From NCBI GenBank assembly GCA_965116925.1, contig OZ220744.1, positions 5,088,001-5,152,000 of the forward strand: DNA of 64,000 bases. Direction: 5' to 3'. The notes under the pieces are model-generated. The model had not been told where the DNA came from. It worked only from the letters and a program-made list of their open reading frames with translations, and searched no databases. Positions 41,627-51,818 of the stretch are shown here, piece after piece. Positions within the stretch are counted from its first letter, which is position 1. Each line of letters starts with the position of its first letter. Source of the stretch: Candidatus Poribacteria bacterium (GTDB taxonomy: Bacteria; Poribacteria; WGA-4E; PCPOR2b). The position numbers and the translations under genes were made by a program.

Positions 41627-42805
41627 ATGAACTACATAAGAAAAATCACGCTTTTAGCTGTTTTTGTGCTTCTCATTGCAGGGCTTAGTGCCTGTGATGA
41701 GTTGGTTTCGATTCTCTCCGATGATAGAGAGATGCCAGTCCAGATACCCGACGAGATTCGGGTCGGGATTGTCTTGCCCTTTTCAGGAAAATATGTCGAA
41801 TCGCCGGACGATCCGCTCGTGCAACTCTACCTCAACGGGTTTTTGATGGCGGGAGATGAAATTAACGCGGCACAGCTCGCACCAACCCGTCTTAGATTCA
41901 TCATTGAGGACGATCAGAGCACGATTGAAGGTGCCATAGCAGCGTACAATAAGTTAATTCATGAAGATGGGGTCGCCGCTATCTTGGGGCCCGCCAGTTC
42001 AACCCAAGTGGAAATGGCGTTCCCTGTTGCGGAAGAAAACCAGCGGGTGGCTATCGCTGCGTCGTCCGCCGCGCAGGGTTTGAGTGCGATAGGGGATTAT
42101 GTGTTCAGGGTCAACCAGCCGGTGGACACACTCATACCCCGCGGTGTGCGGCTCACCCATGAAAGACTGAAGTATCAGCGCGTTGCCAAACTTGCCACGA
42201 GCGATGATGTTTACTCAACGAGTGCTGATACGCTCTTTGCCGAATCGCTTGATGCGCTCGGTGTTGAGGTCTTGACTACCGAAACGTTCCTATTCCGCTC
42301 TGGCGATTATATCGAGCCACTCACACAGATAAAGGCACTCTCTCCGGATGCGATCATGGTCTCGGCGCAACCTACAGATATGCCAGACATTATGGTTCAG
42401 GCGCGTCAGGTCGGCATCGGGACAGATGTGCCGATAATTATGCCGTTGCTCAGTTCGACCGAGGTGCAGAAAGCGGGAGACGCCGCTGAAGGTATCATTA
42501 CTTTTGCCGCATGGTCTATTGAGGCGGATACGCCCAAGAACAAGACGTTTATTCGCAACTTCCGCACAAAATACGGATCAGACCCTAACCAGTTCAGCGC
42601 GTTGGCTTACACATCGGTTTACCTCTTGAGCGGAGCGATCTCCAACGCCGGGTCAATCGAATCGGAGGCCCTCCGTGATGCGCTCGCTGATACAAAGGAT
42701 TTTGATACGGTGTTGGGCAGCTTCTCCTTTGACACGGTGGGCGATGCGGTTTACGATCCGGTCATGTTGATTGTGCGTGATGGCGTATTGGAGACATTTG
42801 AATAA
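41627..42805 (+). CDS. Branched-chain amino acid-type ABC substrate-binding lipoprotein
   Basis: Lipobox LSAC, RVGIVLPFSG, ILGPASS, YVFRV, G.FSFD..GDA. Confidence 0.88.
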   Translation: MNYIRKITLLAVFVLLIAGLSACDELVSILSDDREMPVQIPDEIRVGIVLPFSGKYVESPDDPLVQLYLNGFLMAGDEINAAQLAPTRLRFIIEDDQSTIEGAIAAYNKLIHEDGVAAILGPASSTQVEMAFPVAEENQRVAIAASSAAQGLSAIGDYVFRVNQPVDTLIPRGVRLTHERLKYQRVAKLATSDDVYSTSADTLFAESLDALGVEVLTTETFLFRSGDYIEPLTQIKALSPDAIMVSAQPTDMPDIMVQARQVGIGTDVPIIMPLLSSTEVQKAGDAAEGIITFAAWSIEADTPKNKTFIRNFRTKYGSDPNQFSALAYTSVYLLSGAISNAGSIESEALRDALADTKDFDTVLGSFSFDTVGDAVYDPVMLIVRDGVLETFE

Positions 42806-43045
42806 CAGGACTTACGCACTCCAGATTGTAGTTGCCCGATTCATCGGGCGTCCGTTCCGAGACCAGGGTTGGTAACGGTGTCCAGCGATATCTACCTACG
42901 CACCCCCCTCAAATAAGTGACATTCCCCCGCGTGGTCGAGCAGAGAGATTTGTTACGGCACAGCACCCAACGGGTTGGGGGTAAGTTCATACCACCTGTT
43001 GATCTATTTTATTGCGTTTTTAAGTTGCTTCAAGCACTCAACCAC

Positions 43046-43082
43046 AAAAAAGCCCCACGGAAGACATTCCACGGGGCTTTTT
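43046..43082. terminator. Bidirectional intrinsic terminator
   Basis: AAAAAAGCCCC...GGGGCTTTTT. Confidence 0.65.
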
Positions 43083-43193
43083 ACATCCTAACAACCTGCC
43101 AAGCTAAAACTCAAGTTTATCCCACCGTTCTCTAAACTCCTCCTGCTGAAATAGAACAATCACTCTTAAAAAAATATAATAATAAAAAAAGTA

Positions 43194-43222
43194 TTGACAG
43201 CATTCTAAATATAATATAGGAT
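43194..43222 (+). promoter_or_regulatory. Sigma70 promoter for structured leader copy 2
   Basis: TTGACA-N17-TAGGAT with an A-rich UP element; the motif starts about 6 nt downstream. Confidence 0.7.
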
Positions 43223-43227
43223 AGGAT

Positions 43228-43435
43228 GTGGGCTCCGAGTGCTCTCTCGAAGCCCACTGAAGCAAAACGAGTAGGAGCTCGAATCGCTTCGTGATTGTTA
43301 GACTGCAATCTAACAACCACTGATAGTATACACCCTTTACGCCGTTAGTTTCGATCTAAATAAAAAGGGGCTGCACGATTCGGGACCATCCGACCATGCA
43401 GCCCCCTTTTTTTAGGTCAACTAGCAGCTACAAGG
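43228..43435 (+). ncRNA. Candidate structured leader RNA / attenuator, copy 2
   Basis: Homologous to 20821-21037, with the same hairpin order and compensatory changes. Confidence 0.65.
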
Positions 43436-43446
43436 AAAGTAACAAC

Positions 43447-45111
43447 TTGAATAGAAAAACAGCAGATAGGATTTATCATCCAGAGCACGATTCCAGTCTC
43501 ACGCGAAGACAATTTATAGAACGATTTTCCACTGCGGGACTAGCTCTCAGCAGTTTAGGACTTTTAGGTTGCGATGTTGGAGATATAATGTCGCCGGTTC
43601 GTACGCCTACAGAGATTGATAGCGACGTGCCTGCTCTCATTATTGGCAGTGGATTTGGAGGCGCGGTAACAGCCTTGAGATTGGGGCAAGCGGGTATCCC
43701 GACGATGGTCTTAGAACGAGGCAAACGCTGGAATAGCGCATCTGCACCGTTTAGTCCTAATTTCCCGCCTGACGGTCGTTCAACGTGGTTACGCAACAAA
43801 ACGGTTTTGCCGTTCGGTCCATCATTGCCTATCGGGAAATATACAGGGGTCTTGGACCGTGTGGATTACCCGAACATGAATGTCTATCGAGGGGCAGCTG
43901 TCGGTGGCGGCTCCATTGTATACGGTGGGGTTAGCCTGCAACCCCCTGAAGATCTTTTCTATCAGATTTTTCCGAGCAGTATCTCCTATCAAGAACTGCT
44001 GCCCTATTATGAACGCGTCCGCCACATACTGAATATCACGACGGTTCCCGCAGACATCGAAGCACAACCCCACTACGATTACACCCGCGTATTTACCCAA
44101 CTCGTAAACCAGGCCGGGATAGACACCATAAAGCTCGGGCAAGCCACGGATTGGGATATTGTCCGCGCTGAGATTGATGGCACGCGCCCACCGTCTGCTA
44201 TTATCGGCGAAGCAGCTTATGGCGGTAATAGCGGATACAAAAATTCTCTCGATAAAAACTATCTACCGATGGCGGAAGCGACAGGGTATGTCCGTATCCA
44301 TCCACTGCATCGCGTTATCGACATCACAACAGAAAACAGCGGTAAATATGTTGTAACAGTTGAGCAGATTGATGAGACGGGCGAGGTAATACAGACGAAA
44401 AAAATTGCCACGACTTACCTCTTTCTCGCTGCCGGCTCTATAGGCACGACAGAGTTGCTCGTAAAAGCCCGCGAGCTCGGCAATTTGCCAAATCTCAACA
44501 ACGCAGTTGGGCACGGATGGGGGACGAATGGGAGTCTCTTATTTAGCACGGGTGTGGGTATAGAAACTGGAAAGCAGCAAGGCGGCCCGCTCATCATAGC
44601 TATTTTAGATCGTGAGAATACAGAGTCTCCCGCGTTCATTAACCCCCCTTTCTTCCCTGTAGGTGTGGAATGTAGGTGTTTAATGCTTTATATGAACGCT
44701 CTACAAACCGAGCGCGGGCATTTTGTCTACGATACAGCCACCCACAGGGCGGAATTGATGTGGCCCGCCGGAGGTCACGACCGCGCTGCATATGCAGCAG
44801 CAGATTTCGTCGAGCGTTTGAACGCTGTCAATAAGGGTCAACTTGGTCTATCAGCAGGGATCCCAGCAGACCTTCCCATCAGTCCACCTGATCTCATTGA
44901 AGATATTACATTTACCCCTTTGGGTGGAATGGTGATGGACAAAGCTTGTGATTTGTATGGAAGGGTACACGGCTATCCCAAAATGTATGTAATGGACGGT
45001 TCTGCGTTACCCGGTTCGTGTGCCGCCGCCCCTCCGTCGTTGACGATTGCGGCGTTAGCCGAGCGCAACATAGAAACCATTCTCGCAGAGGATTTTGCCT
45101 CCACAGGTTAG
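43447..45111 (+). CDS. GMC oxidoreductase, cholesterol oxidase (class I)-like, Tat lipoprotein
   Basis: TRRQFI twin-arginine signal, LLGC lipobox, IGSGFGGAVTALRL FAD motif, SLDKNYL, WGTNG, TIAALAERN; TTG start after AAGGA. Confidence 0.85.
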   Translation: MNRKTADRIYHPEHDSSLTRRQFIERFSTAGLALSSLGLLGCDVGDIMSPVRTPTEIDSDVPALIIGSGFGGAVTALRLGQAGIPTMVLERGKRWNSASAPFSPNFPPDGRSTWLRNKTVLPFGPSLPIGKYTGVLDRVDYPNMNVYRGAAVGGGSIVYGGVSLQPPEDLFYQIFPSSISYQELLPYYERVRHILNITTVPADIEAQPHYDYTRVFTQLVNQAGIDTIKLGQATDWDIVRAEIDGTRPPSAIIGEAAYGGNSGYKNSLDKNYLPMAEATGYVRIHPLHRVIDITTENSGKYVVTVEQIDETGEVIQTKKIATTYLFLAAGSIGTTELLVKARELGNLPNLNNAVGHGWGTNGSLLFSTGVGIETGKQQGGPLIIAILDRENTESPAFINPPFFPVGVECRCLMLYMNALQTERGHFVYDTATHRAELMWPAGGHDRAAYAAADFVERLNAVNKGQLGLSAGIPADLPISPPDLIEDITFTPLGGMVMDKACDLYGRVHGYPKMYVMDGSALPGSCAAAPPSLTIAALAERNIETILAEDFASTG

Positions 45112-45116
45112 GGCTT

Positions 45117-45373
45117 CAGGACTTACACACTCCAGATTGTAGTTGCCCGATTCATCGGGCGTTGGTAACGGTGTCCAGCGGCGATTCATAGCCGAACTAC
45201 AGGGCTTTGACCCTTCAACTGCGTAAGTCCTATTTATGGTGAATTAGACAAATAAGTGAACATTTGCCAAAGTCCCCCTGACAAGGGGGATTTAGGAGGT
45301 TGTTTGTGGGTACAGATTTCCCAATCTGTACATGTGCATTGGAACTGTCTAAGTAATTCTAAAATCTACCATA
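45117..45373. mobile_element. Adjacent YAGGACTTACGCA MITE (45117-45232) and IS630-type MITE (45235-45373)
   Basis: TIRs of both families are visible. Confidence 0.7.
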
Positions 45374-45462
45374 ATAATGGTCTTATTAAGCGTCAGCATA
45401 AAACAACGGACTGATTTGGTTATCAGACATATGGTCGGCCATTGATTGAATAGACGGGAGAA

Positions 45463-46341
45463 CTACTCCCCTTTCACCAGTTGGGCTGCCTCATAGACCG
45501 CAGGCCTTGCCTCATCAACGGTACAGCTAGCAGAAACCCTTGCCCTATCAGCTACCTCCCGTTTAACCTCCGTGACAATCATCCCTTCGTCTGGGAGATA
45601 TTCATCGATCAGTTGTCCGTCGGGATCTATTGCCAAGCATAGTCCGGGGAACCAAGCATTTCCGCTGTGCCCCGACTGATTCGCATAGAAGATATGGAGG
45701 GCATTATCAACCGCACGCCCCGGTAGCAGTTGCATCGCCAACTCCTTGTGAGACTCGGCTTGCTCACGCTGATTTCCGTCGCCGGAAATCTTTTCCGTTG
45801 CCCCGCTGCCGCCAACGGGGATGAAGAAAAGTTCCGCCCCTTGCTGCGCCGCACCCCGAAAAAGTTCGGGGAAGCGCAAATCGTAGCAGATCCCCACACC
45901 AAACGTCCACCCCTGCGAAGCGACCACCGGAAACGTATCACCGGGCACAAACCATTCCCGCTCATTCGGATTGGGCAGATGGAGTTTTGAAAACGTTGCC
46001 AGATATCCCTCAGGGCCCACGATAAGCGCGCTGTTACGGAGTTGCCCTCCAAACGGCTCAATCGTACCAACCACAAGCGTCATCTGTAATTTGTGGGAGA
46101 GGGATTCTAGAAATGGCACCGACTCCTCTGCTGCCGCTGCCGCAATCTTCCGCGCCTCCTCAAACGTCAGGTCAGACTTATTCATCGACCCGGTGATGCA
46201 CTCTTCCGGGAAAATCCCGAAGTCCGCTCCCTGTGCGTGCGCTTTGTGTGCCCATTCCGCCACTCGCGCCAAGTTGGCGGACGGGTCACCCATGACGCTG
46301 TGCATTGCAACCGATGCGACTCGAATCGTATCTTTGTCCAT
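45463..46341 (-). CDS. Carbon-nitrogen hydrolase (nitrilase superfamily)
   Basis: FPE, K.HL, GICYDLRFPE catalytic E-K-C triad. Confidence 0.92.
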   Translation of the reverse strand: MDKDTIRVASVAMHSVMGDPSANLARVAEWAHKAHAQGADFGIFPEECITGSMNKSDLTFEEARKIAAAAAEESVPFLESLSHKLQMTLVVGTIEPFGGQLRNSALIVGPEGYLATFSKLHLPNPNEREWFVPGDTFPVVASQGWTFGVGICYDLRFPELFRGAAQQGAELFFIPVGGSGATEKISGDGNQREQAESHKELAMQLLPGRAVDNALHIFYANQSGHSGNAWFPGLCLAIDPDGQLIDEYLPDEGMIVTEVKREVADRARVSASCTVDEARPAVYEAAQLVKGE

Positions 46342-46505
46342 GCTATTTCCCCGTTGGTTCATGTGAAAAGAAAGTACAGAATTTGAAGAGAAACCGAGTT
46401 TTTTCTTCAAAACTCGGTTTCTTTGCCTGATTTCTTAACATGAGTCTCCTAGTTTATGGCCCTGTAAACGTTCAACCGTGCAACTTGGGAAGTAATTGCC
46501 CAAAT

Positions 46506-47099
46506 TTACATGCGATTATTCTGCGCTGCTGCAAAGTACGGCTTGACAAATTCGGCAACCGCTTTACCGAGCAGCACACTGCCTTCAGGCGTAAAATGGA
46601 CGCCATCCGGTGTCAGATAGCTGTCCCGTCCCGCGTCCGTGATGACGCCAAACAGATCGTTAATCGGGATATCCAAGTCGTCTGCGACCTTGAGAGCAAC
46701 GGCGTTATACGCATCAACATCAGCTTCCAATCGGTCGAACCCCTTCCGCTCATGATGCCAGATCTCGTTGACAGGCGTAGTCAGTGCCCAGATGACGATA
46801 CAGTTGGTCTCCGCCAAAATACGTCCGAGCAAGGCGCGAAGATTTGATTCGTACTGATTAATCGGAATGGCTGGCTCACCGGTGTCAAAATCCTTTCTCA
46901 AATCGTGCAGCCCACAGTTGATATGAACGACATCGGGTGATCGAGAGATAATCCACTCGTCGAGATGTTGCAGAATATTCGCGCTATTTCCGCCGTTCTG
47001 CGTCGGTGCCCAAACGTCGGCAAGTTCGGTAAGTTCACGAATCACATCGGCTTGATAGCCCATGCGAATTGAATCACCGATAAGAATGAGTTCTTGCAT
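46506..47099 (-). CDS. SGNH/GDSL hydrolase
   Basis: IGDSI, NCGLHD, DGVHF. Confidence 0.9.
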   Translation of the reverse strand: MQELILIGDSIRMGYQADVIRELTELADVWAPTQNGGNSANILQHLDEWIISRSPDVVHINCGLHDLRKDFDTGEPAIPINQYESNLRALLGRILAETNCIVIWALTTPVNEIWHHERKGFDRLEADVDAYNAVALKVADDLDIPINDLFGVITDAGRDSYLTPDGVHFTPEGSVLLGKAVAEFVKPYFAAAQNNRM

Positions 47100-47130
47100 T
47101 GAAAAGTTCTCCTTACAACTGTGAGCGAGT

Positions 47131-47706
47131 TTAACAATCAGAAACAACCCGCTTTGCGAGAAAAATATCCGGCTTTCCACGCCCGTTAGCATCGGGCATC
47201 ACCCCTGCGAGGACAAAACCGAGTTTCTGATAAAACTCATAAGGATGGCGGCGCAAGTTTCTGATTCGCGCCACGTGCTCAAGGAGGTTGGGGTAAAGAT
47301 CAACCCCTGCAAGAGTTGTCATACTGTCCTCATCATCAGCCCCAACCCAAATTGTCAAGCCCCCTCGTTCTCGGACGAGATCCTCAAAATCGCACACAAG
47401 CTGCCGTCCAATCCCACACCCTTGTCGGCTCGGTTTAACGACCAATGGATGAAGTTCCCAGACGTTCCCATCATAGAGACTCAATCCGCCGATCCAGCCT
47501 ACGACCTCGCCGCTATTGTCAACGGCGATGCGGCTGATTCGATCTTCTCCAAAGGATTCTCGCACCTCCTCCAAAGCATCTGCCATGTCGGGCCAAGCGT
47601 GTGGTGCATGTGCTTTGAACCCATCAATCAGCAACGCCGCGACCTGCTCAATAACCCGCTCATCATCGGACGAAAGCGTGATGATTTGCACCTCTATATC
47701 GCTCAT
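47131..47706 (-). CDS. GNAT acetyltransferase, AAC(6')-Ia/Ii-like
   Basis: WELHPLVV, QGCGIG, HPYEFYQKLGF..G.MPDANG..KPDI. Confidence 0.8.
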   Translation of the reverse strand: MSDIEVQIITLSSDDERVIEQVAALLIDGFKAHAPHAWPDMADALEEVRESFGEDRISRIAVDNSGEVVGWIGGLSLYDGNVWELHPLVVKPSRQGCGIGRQLVCDFEDLVRERGGLTIWVGADDEDSMTTLAGVDLYPNLLEHVARIRNLRRHPYEFYQKLGFVLAGVMPDANGRGKPDIFLAKRVVSDC

Positions 47707-47721
47707 ACACCACCTTACAAC

Positions 47722-48816
47722 CTATTTAATCCAAGTCATTGATTCACCACGCACTAGGAAAGAGCGTTCATCCCACTGACCGGGACGTTCAACCGGGATA
47801 ACGCCGGTTTCCACCGCTACGTCTAGTGGATTAGCGCGTGTCTCTAACGGCAAGCGAACCCGCTCGTGCATCCGAGCTGATTCGTAGACCGCCATCATAA
47901 GCTCTAAGGCAGCCTTCCCATACTTTGCCTCTCCCGGATAGTTATCAATCTTACCGTCGATCCAGTCGCAGACTGCATACGCCTGACTTGTGAATGCGCT
48001 ACCGTACCCAGTCCGATTTTTTTCGGTCGGTTCAAACACCTGCCAGCCCGCCTTTTTAGGAGTCATATATTTCAAGCTGTTATCGTTAACATCCATCATA
48101 CCGTCGCTGCCATATATCGTCGCACCGACCTGATAGAGTCCACCACTGATAGGGACCTCGTTCTCAATAACACCTTCCACATCGTTGGGATATCCGATTA
48201 ACCCGCAGCAGCGGTCCTCAACCCGATGCCCGAAGAGATAATGGTCGGTTTTGCGTTCCACTGAACCCATGACCCACTCCGCCTGTGGATCGCCAAGGAC
48301 AAAAAGTTGGAAATCGACACAGTGAGTTCCCGTGTTCAGCATCCCCGCTCTCACAGAAGACCAGAGCCGGCGCGGTTCACCGATAGCACCGTCCGCAAGG
48401 AGCCGTCTCGCTTCCTGCCACGAAGAGTAGAAACGACGCTGATGACCGATCGCAAATTTAACATCGTTGCGTTCACAGGCAATCATCATCGCTTCTGCCT
48501 CTCCTAACGAGCAAGCCATCGGTTTCTCGCAGAGTATCGCTTGGGGTTTGTGAACCGCTGCTGCAATCGTCATCTCAGCGTGTTGTGGATTCCAAGAGCA
48601 GACACTGACGATGTCCAGCTCCTCCTTCTCCATCATCTCCCGGTAGTCGAGATACTGGCTTTTAACGTTAAAATCCTTTGCATAGCTTGCTAGTGCTTCG
48701 GGATGAGAATCAGCAATCGCAACGATTTCGGTGCGATTACATTCTGTCCAGCCTTGACCGTGTGCACGAGCAATACGGCCGCTTGCAATAATACCAACCC
48801 TAAATTTTTTAGCCAA
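47722..48816 (-). CDS. Gfo/Idh/MocA family oxidoreductase
   Basis: Rossmann N-terminus, CEKPM, GHQRRF, GTH.VD. Confidence 0.92.
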   Translation of the reverse strand: MAKKFRVGIIASGRIARAHGQGWTECNRTEIVAIADSHPEALASYAKDFNVKSQYLDYREMMEKEELDIVSVCSWNPQHAEMTIAAAVHKPQAILCEKPMACSLGEAEAMMIACERNDVKFAIGHQRRFYSSWQEARRLLADGAIGEPRRLWSSVRAGMLNTGTHCVDFQLFVLGDPQAEWVMGSVERKTDHYLFGHRVEDRCCGLIGYPNDVEGVIENEVPISGGLYQVGATIYGSDGMMDVNDNSLKYMTPKKAGWQVFEPTEKNRTGYGSAFTSQAYAVCDWIDGKIDNYPGEAKYGKAALELMMAVYESARMHERVRLPLETRANPLDVAVETGVIPVERPGQWDERSFLVRGESMTWIK

Positions 48817-49031
48817 GTTGAATGCCTCCTCGTTATCTGATGATTTGCTGAACTTATAGTGAATTCTAAAAATACCAAAGTCCCCCTGAACCCCTCTGAT
48901 AAGAGGGGAAAGACAAGGGAGAAGATCCCCTCTTATCTTCTCCCTTGTCAGGGGAGTTGGGGATTTAGGGGGTTAAAAATCAAAAATCTATCCCCTATGT
49001 GCTAAAGTTGCCTAAGTCCTGACTATAAATG

Positions 49032-49147
49032 CAGGAATTACGCACTTCAGATTGTAGTTGCCCGATTTATCGGGCGTTGGGAATAGTTACCGGCGTCGAT
49101 AAATCGCCGAACTACAGGGCGTTAACCGTTCAACTGCGTAAGTCCTA
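49032..49147. mobile_element. YAGGACTTACGCA-family MITE
   Basis: CAGGAATTACGCA...TGCGTAAGTCCTA flanked by an AAATG direct repeat. Confidence 0.72.
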
Positions 49148-49263
49148 AAATGAAGTGGAAGCTAACCAAAATTAGTGCGCTGTGTATCCTAGCACAGCAT
49201 AAGTACTGCGTCAAGAGGTTTTACGCACCCCTCTTGCCACGGAAAGAAATCTCTAGGGCTATT

Positions 49264-50173
49264 TATAGTAAACCCAAGAAATAAAGGGACATTTTTTCAG
49301 AAGTATGTTATCCTATTTGCATTATGGCACATTCATCAGATTTACGCACCCGCGTGCTTCAATTCATAGAAAATGGTGGCAGTAAAACAGAAGCGGCAAA
49401 ACGGTTCAAAGTCGGTCGAACTGCGATTTACCGATGGCTCAATGACCCAGACCCACTCACACCGGGCAAACCGGGTCCCACAAAACCGAGACTGCTTGAC
49501 CCAACGGCACTAGCTGAACATGTCAAGGCACACCCTGACCAAACCCTTAAAGAACGCGCTCAACACTTTGGGGTTTCACCGGCCTGTGTTGGCTATGGAC
49601 TCAAAAGACTCGGCTACACGCGGAAAAAAAAACGTTTGGATATAAGGAGCAATGTCCAGAAAAACGACAAGCCTATCAGGAGCAACTCGCAGGAGCAAAA
49701 GCATCAGGCAAAACGCTGATTTACCTCGACGAGACCGGTTTTACAGATGAAACCTTTAGAAGTTATGGCTATGCCCCCCGGGGGCAATGTGTCCATGGGT
49801 TGATACCCAGCCAAAAGACCCGGACTACCACTTTGATAGTGGTGCAACTGAATAATAAGTTGATTGCCCCAAAGTTACTATCGGGCAGTTGTAATGCACA
49901 AAGGTTTAATACATGGCTCGATGAAGAGTTATCACCACATTTAGATGCCAACAGTCTCGTGATAATGGATAATGCACGGATTCACAAGACCCCTGAGACT
50001 CAAGCATTGATACAACGTTGTGGCGCATCGTTGTTATACTTGCCCCCTTATTCGCCGGATTATAATCCCGTTGAACATCAGTTTGCTAATATAAAGAGGC
50101 ACCGTTCATATAATCCTGATAAGCCCATTGAGGATATCATCAACATGTATCGTTAATTGTTAAATCTACTATA
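49264..50173 (+). mobile_element. IS630 family insertion sequence
   Basis: TA-flanked imperfect TIRs (TATAGTAAAC / ATCTACTATA) enclosing a two-ORF transposase. Confidence 0.9.
49324..50156 (+). CDS. IS630 transposase (orfA HTH plus orfB DDE, joined by -1 frameshift at A9C 49624-49633)
   Basis: SDLRTRV HTH; GYTRKKK slippery site; -1 frame YLDETGF...IMDNARIH...LPPYSPDYNPVE. Confidence 0.9.
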
Positions 50174-50475
50174 GTTTTCCGTTTTTTGACCGATTTCGGA
50201 ATGACCCGAGCCCGTAGGCGGGGCATCTTGCCCCGCCGTAGCCTCGACCAGGAGATCGAGTTACGGGAAAATTAAATAACCCTAAGAGACCTCCGAATCT
50301 GATTGATTGCGTTAAGGATACATGCTATAGTGTATCGCGCAAATCAACAGGAAATTATATGGACAGTCCACACGAAAATTGCGAAGATTATATACGAACG
50401 CTGATCTAAATCTGACCTTGTAATCCAAACCCGTTTTTGTTGGTGATTGACACTATTCTGAGGAGGACCTCAATA

Positions 50476-51525
50476 ATGGCTATCAAGACAGCTGCTGAAC
50501 TTGACAAACTCATCCGCGAATCCCTACTAGCCGCGGGAGCCGATGAGCGCAACGCCAACCGTGTCGCTGAAGCGTTAGTTTTATCGACCTTGCGTGGCGT
50601 TGATACGCACGGCATCCTGCATCTGCCGAGCTACGTCGAGAAGATTCAAGATGGTGAAATTGTTCCCACCGCTTGGCCCGAAATCCGGCAAGAGGACGCC
50701 ACAAGCGCACTCATAGCGGGCAATTGGACCTTTGGACATGTGACGGCTAAGTATGCGATGGAGGTCGCCATAAAGAAGGCTAAAAGCCACAACGTGGCGG
50801 TCGTAAGTGCTGTGCAGATAAACCATATCGGGCGTCTAGGCGAATACGCCGAACTCGCAGCCACCAACGGGATGCTATCAATAATCTGGGCTGGCGGGTT
50901 CGGTGCAGAAAAGCCGGTCGCTGTTCCCTTCGGTGGGCGGCAACCGGTGCTGAGCACAAACCCAATCGGCATGGGGTTCCCCGTCGGTGATGGTCCGCCA
51001 ATGATCATTGATTATGCCACGACAGTCGTTGCGGGGAGTAAAGTGCTCACAGCGCGAGATAGGAAGGCACAACTACCACCGGGCAGCATTGTTGACAAGG
51101 ATGGAAATCCTTCCACGGATCCGATGGATTTTCTGGAGGGCGGTTCGTTACTCCCCTTTGGTGGGCACAAGGGCTATGCCCTGATGTTAGCGGTGGAGTT
51201 CTTTGGACGGGTTTTGTCCGGGGCGGATGCCTTTTCTAACGAAGAGAAGCGGGGTGGCACTATCTTCCGTCACTCTGGTGTTACTATGATGGTCATGAAA
51301 GCAGATCTGTTTCAATCGTTGACCGACTACTCGACACGAATTAAGGATCTAGGCGATCAGATCAGATCCGTACCACCGGCACCCGGTTTCGACGAGGTAA
51401 TACTCCCCGGCGACCTTGAGGCACGAGCGGAAGAAGCCCGCGGACGCGACGGCATCCCCATCGCCGACGCGCTCTGGGAAAGGTTAGAAGCACTCGCGGA
51501 GTCGTTGGGTGTAGATATAGATTAA
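50476..51525 (+). CDS. Ldh_2 (malate/L-lactate/ureidoglycolate dehydrogenase) family oxidoreductase
   Basis: RGVDTHG, NHIGRLGEY, TNPI, LLPFGGHKGY. Confidence 0.92.
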   Translation: MAIKTAAELDKLIRESLLAAGADERNANRVAEALVLSTLRGVDTHGILHLPSYVEKIQDGEIVPTAWPEIRQEDATSALIAGNWTFGHVTAKYAMEVAIKKAKSHNVAVVSAVQINHIGRLGEYAELAATNGMLSIIWAGGFGAEKPVAVPFGGRQPVLSTNPIGMGFPVGDGPPMIIDYATTVVAGSKVLTARDRKAQLPPGSIVDKDGNPSTDPMDFLEGGSLLPFGGHKGYALMLAVEFFGRVLSGADAFSNEEKRGGTIFRHSGVTMMVMKADLFQSLTDYSTRIKDLGDQIRSVPPAPGFDEVILPGDLEARAEEARGRDGIPIADALWERLEALAESLGVDID

Positions 51526-51818
51526 CCCAAGTCTAAGGCTTTTCGTAGGGAACGCAGATCTGCGTTCCTTACACAAGTTGGAAAGATCGTTTATACGAAG
51601 GGTTTCAAGATAGGGCGGAAGGCACCGTTGGGTTTATCTTAACGCAAGTTGCTAGTTATATGCGACGCAGTAAAAGGCGACTCCCAATATCCGTAGGTCG
51701 GGCATCTTGCCCGACTCATAGCCCCAGCGGGGCGACATGTGTATAGAAAACAGGATAAAACCAGCCTTAAAGCCCCAGCGGGGCGACATGTATATGGTAT
51801 CGTAACGCAACTAGCAAC

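Noticed and set aside
43396..43446. ATG at 43396 as the start of the GMC oxidoreductase
   Set aside because: It lies inside the terminator-like hairpin and has no SD; TTG 43447 follows AAGGA and places the Tat motif nearer the N-terminus.
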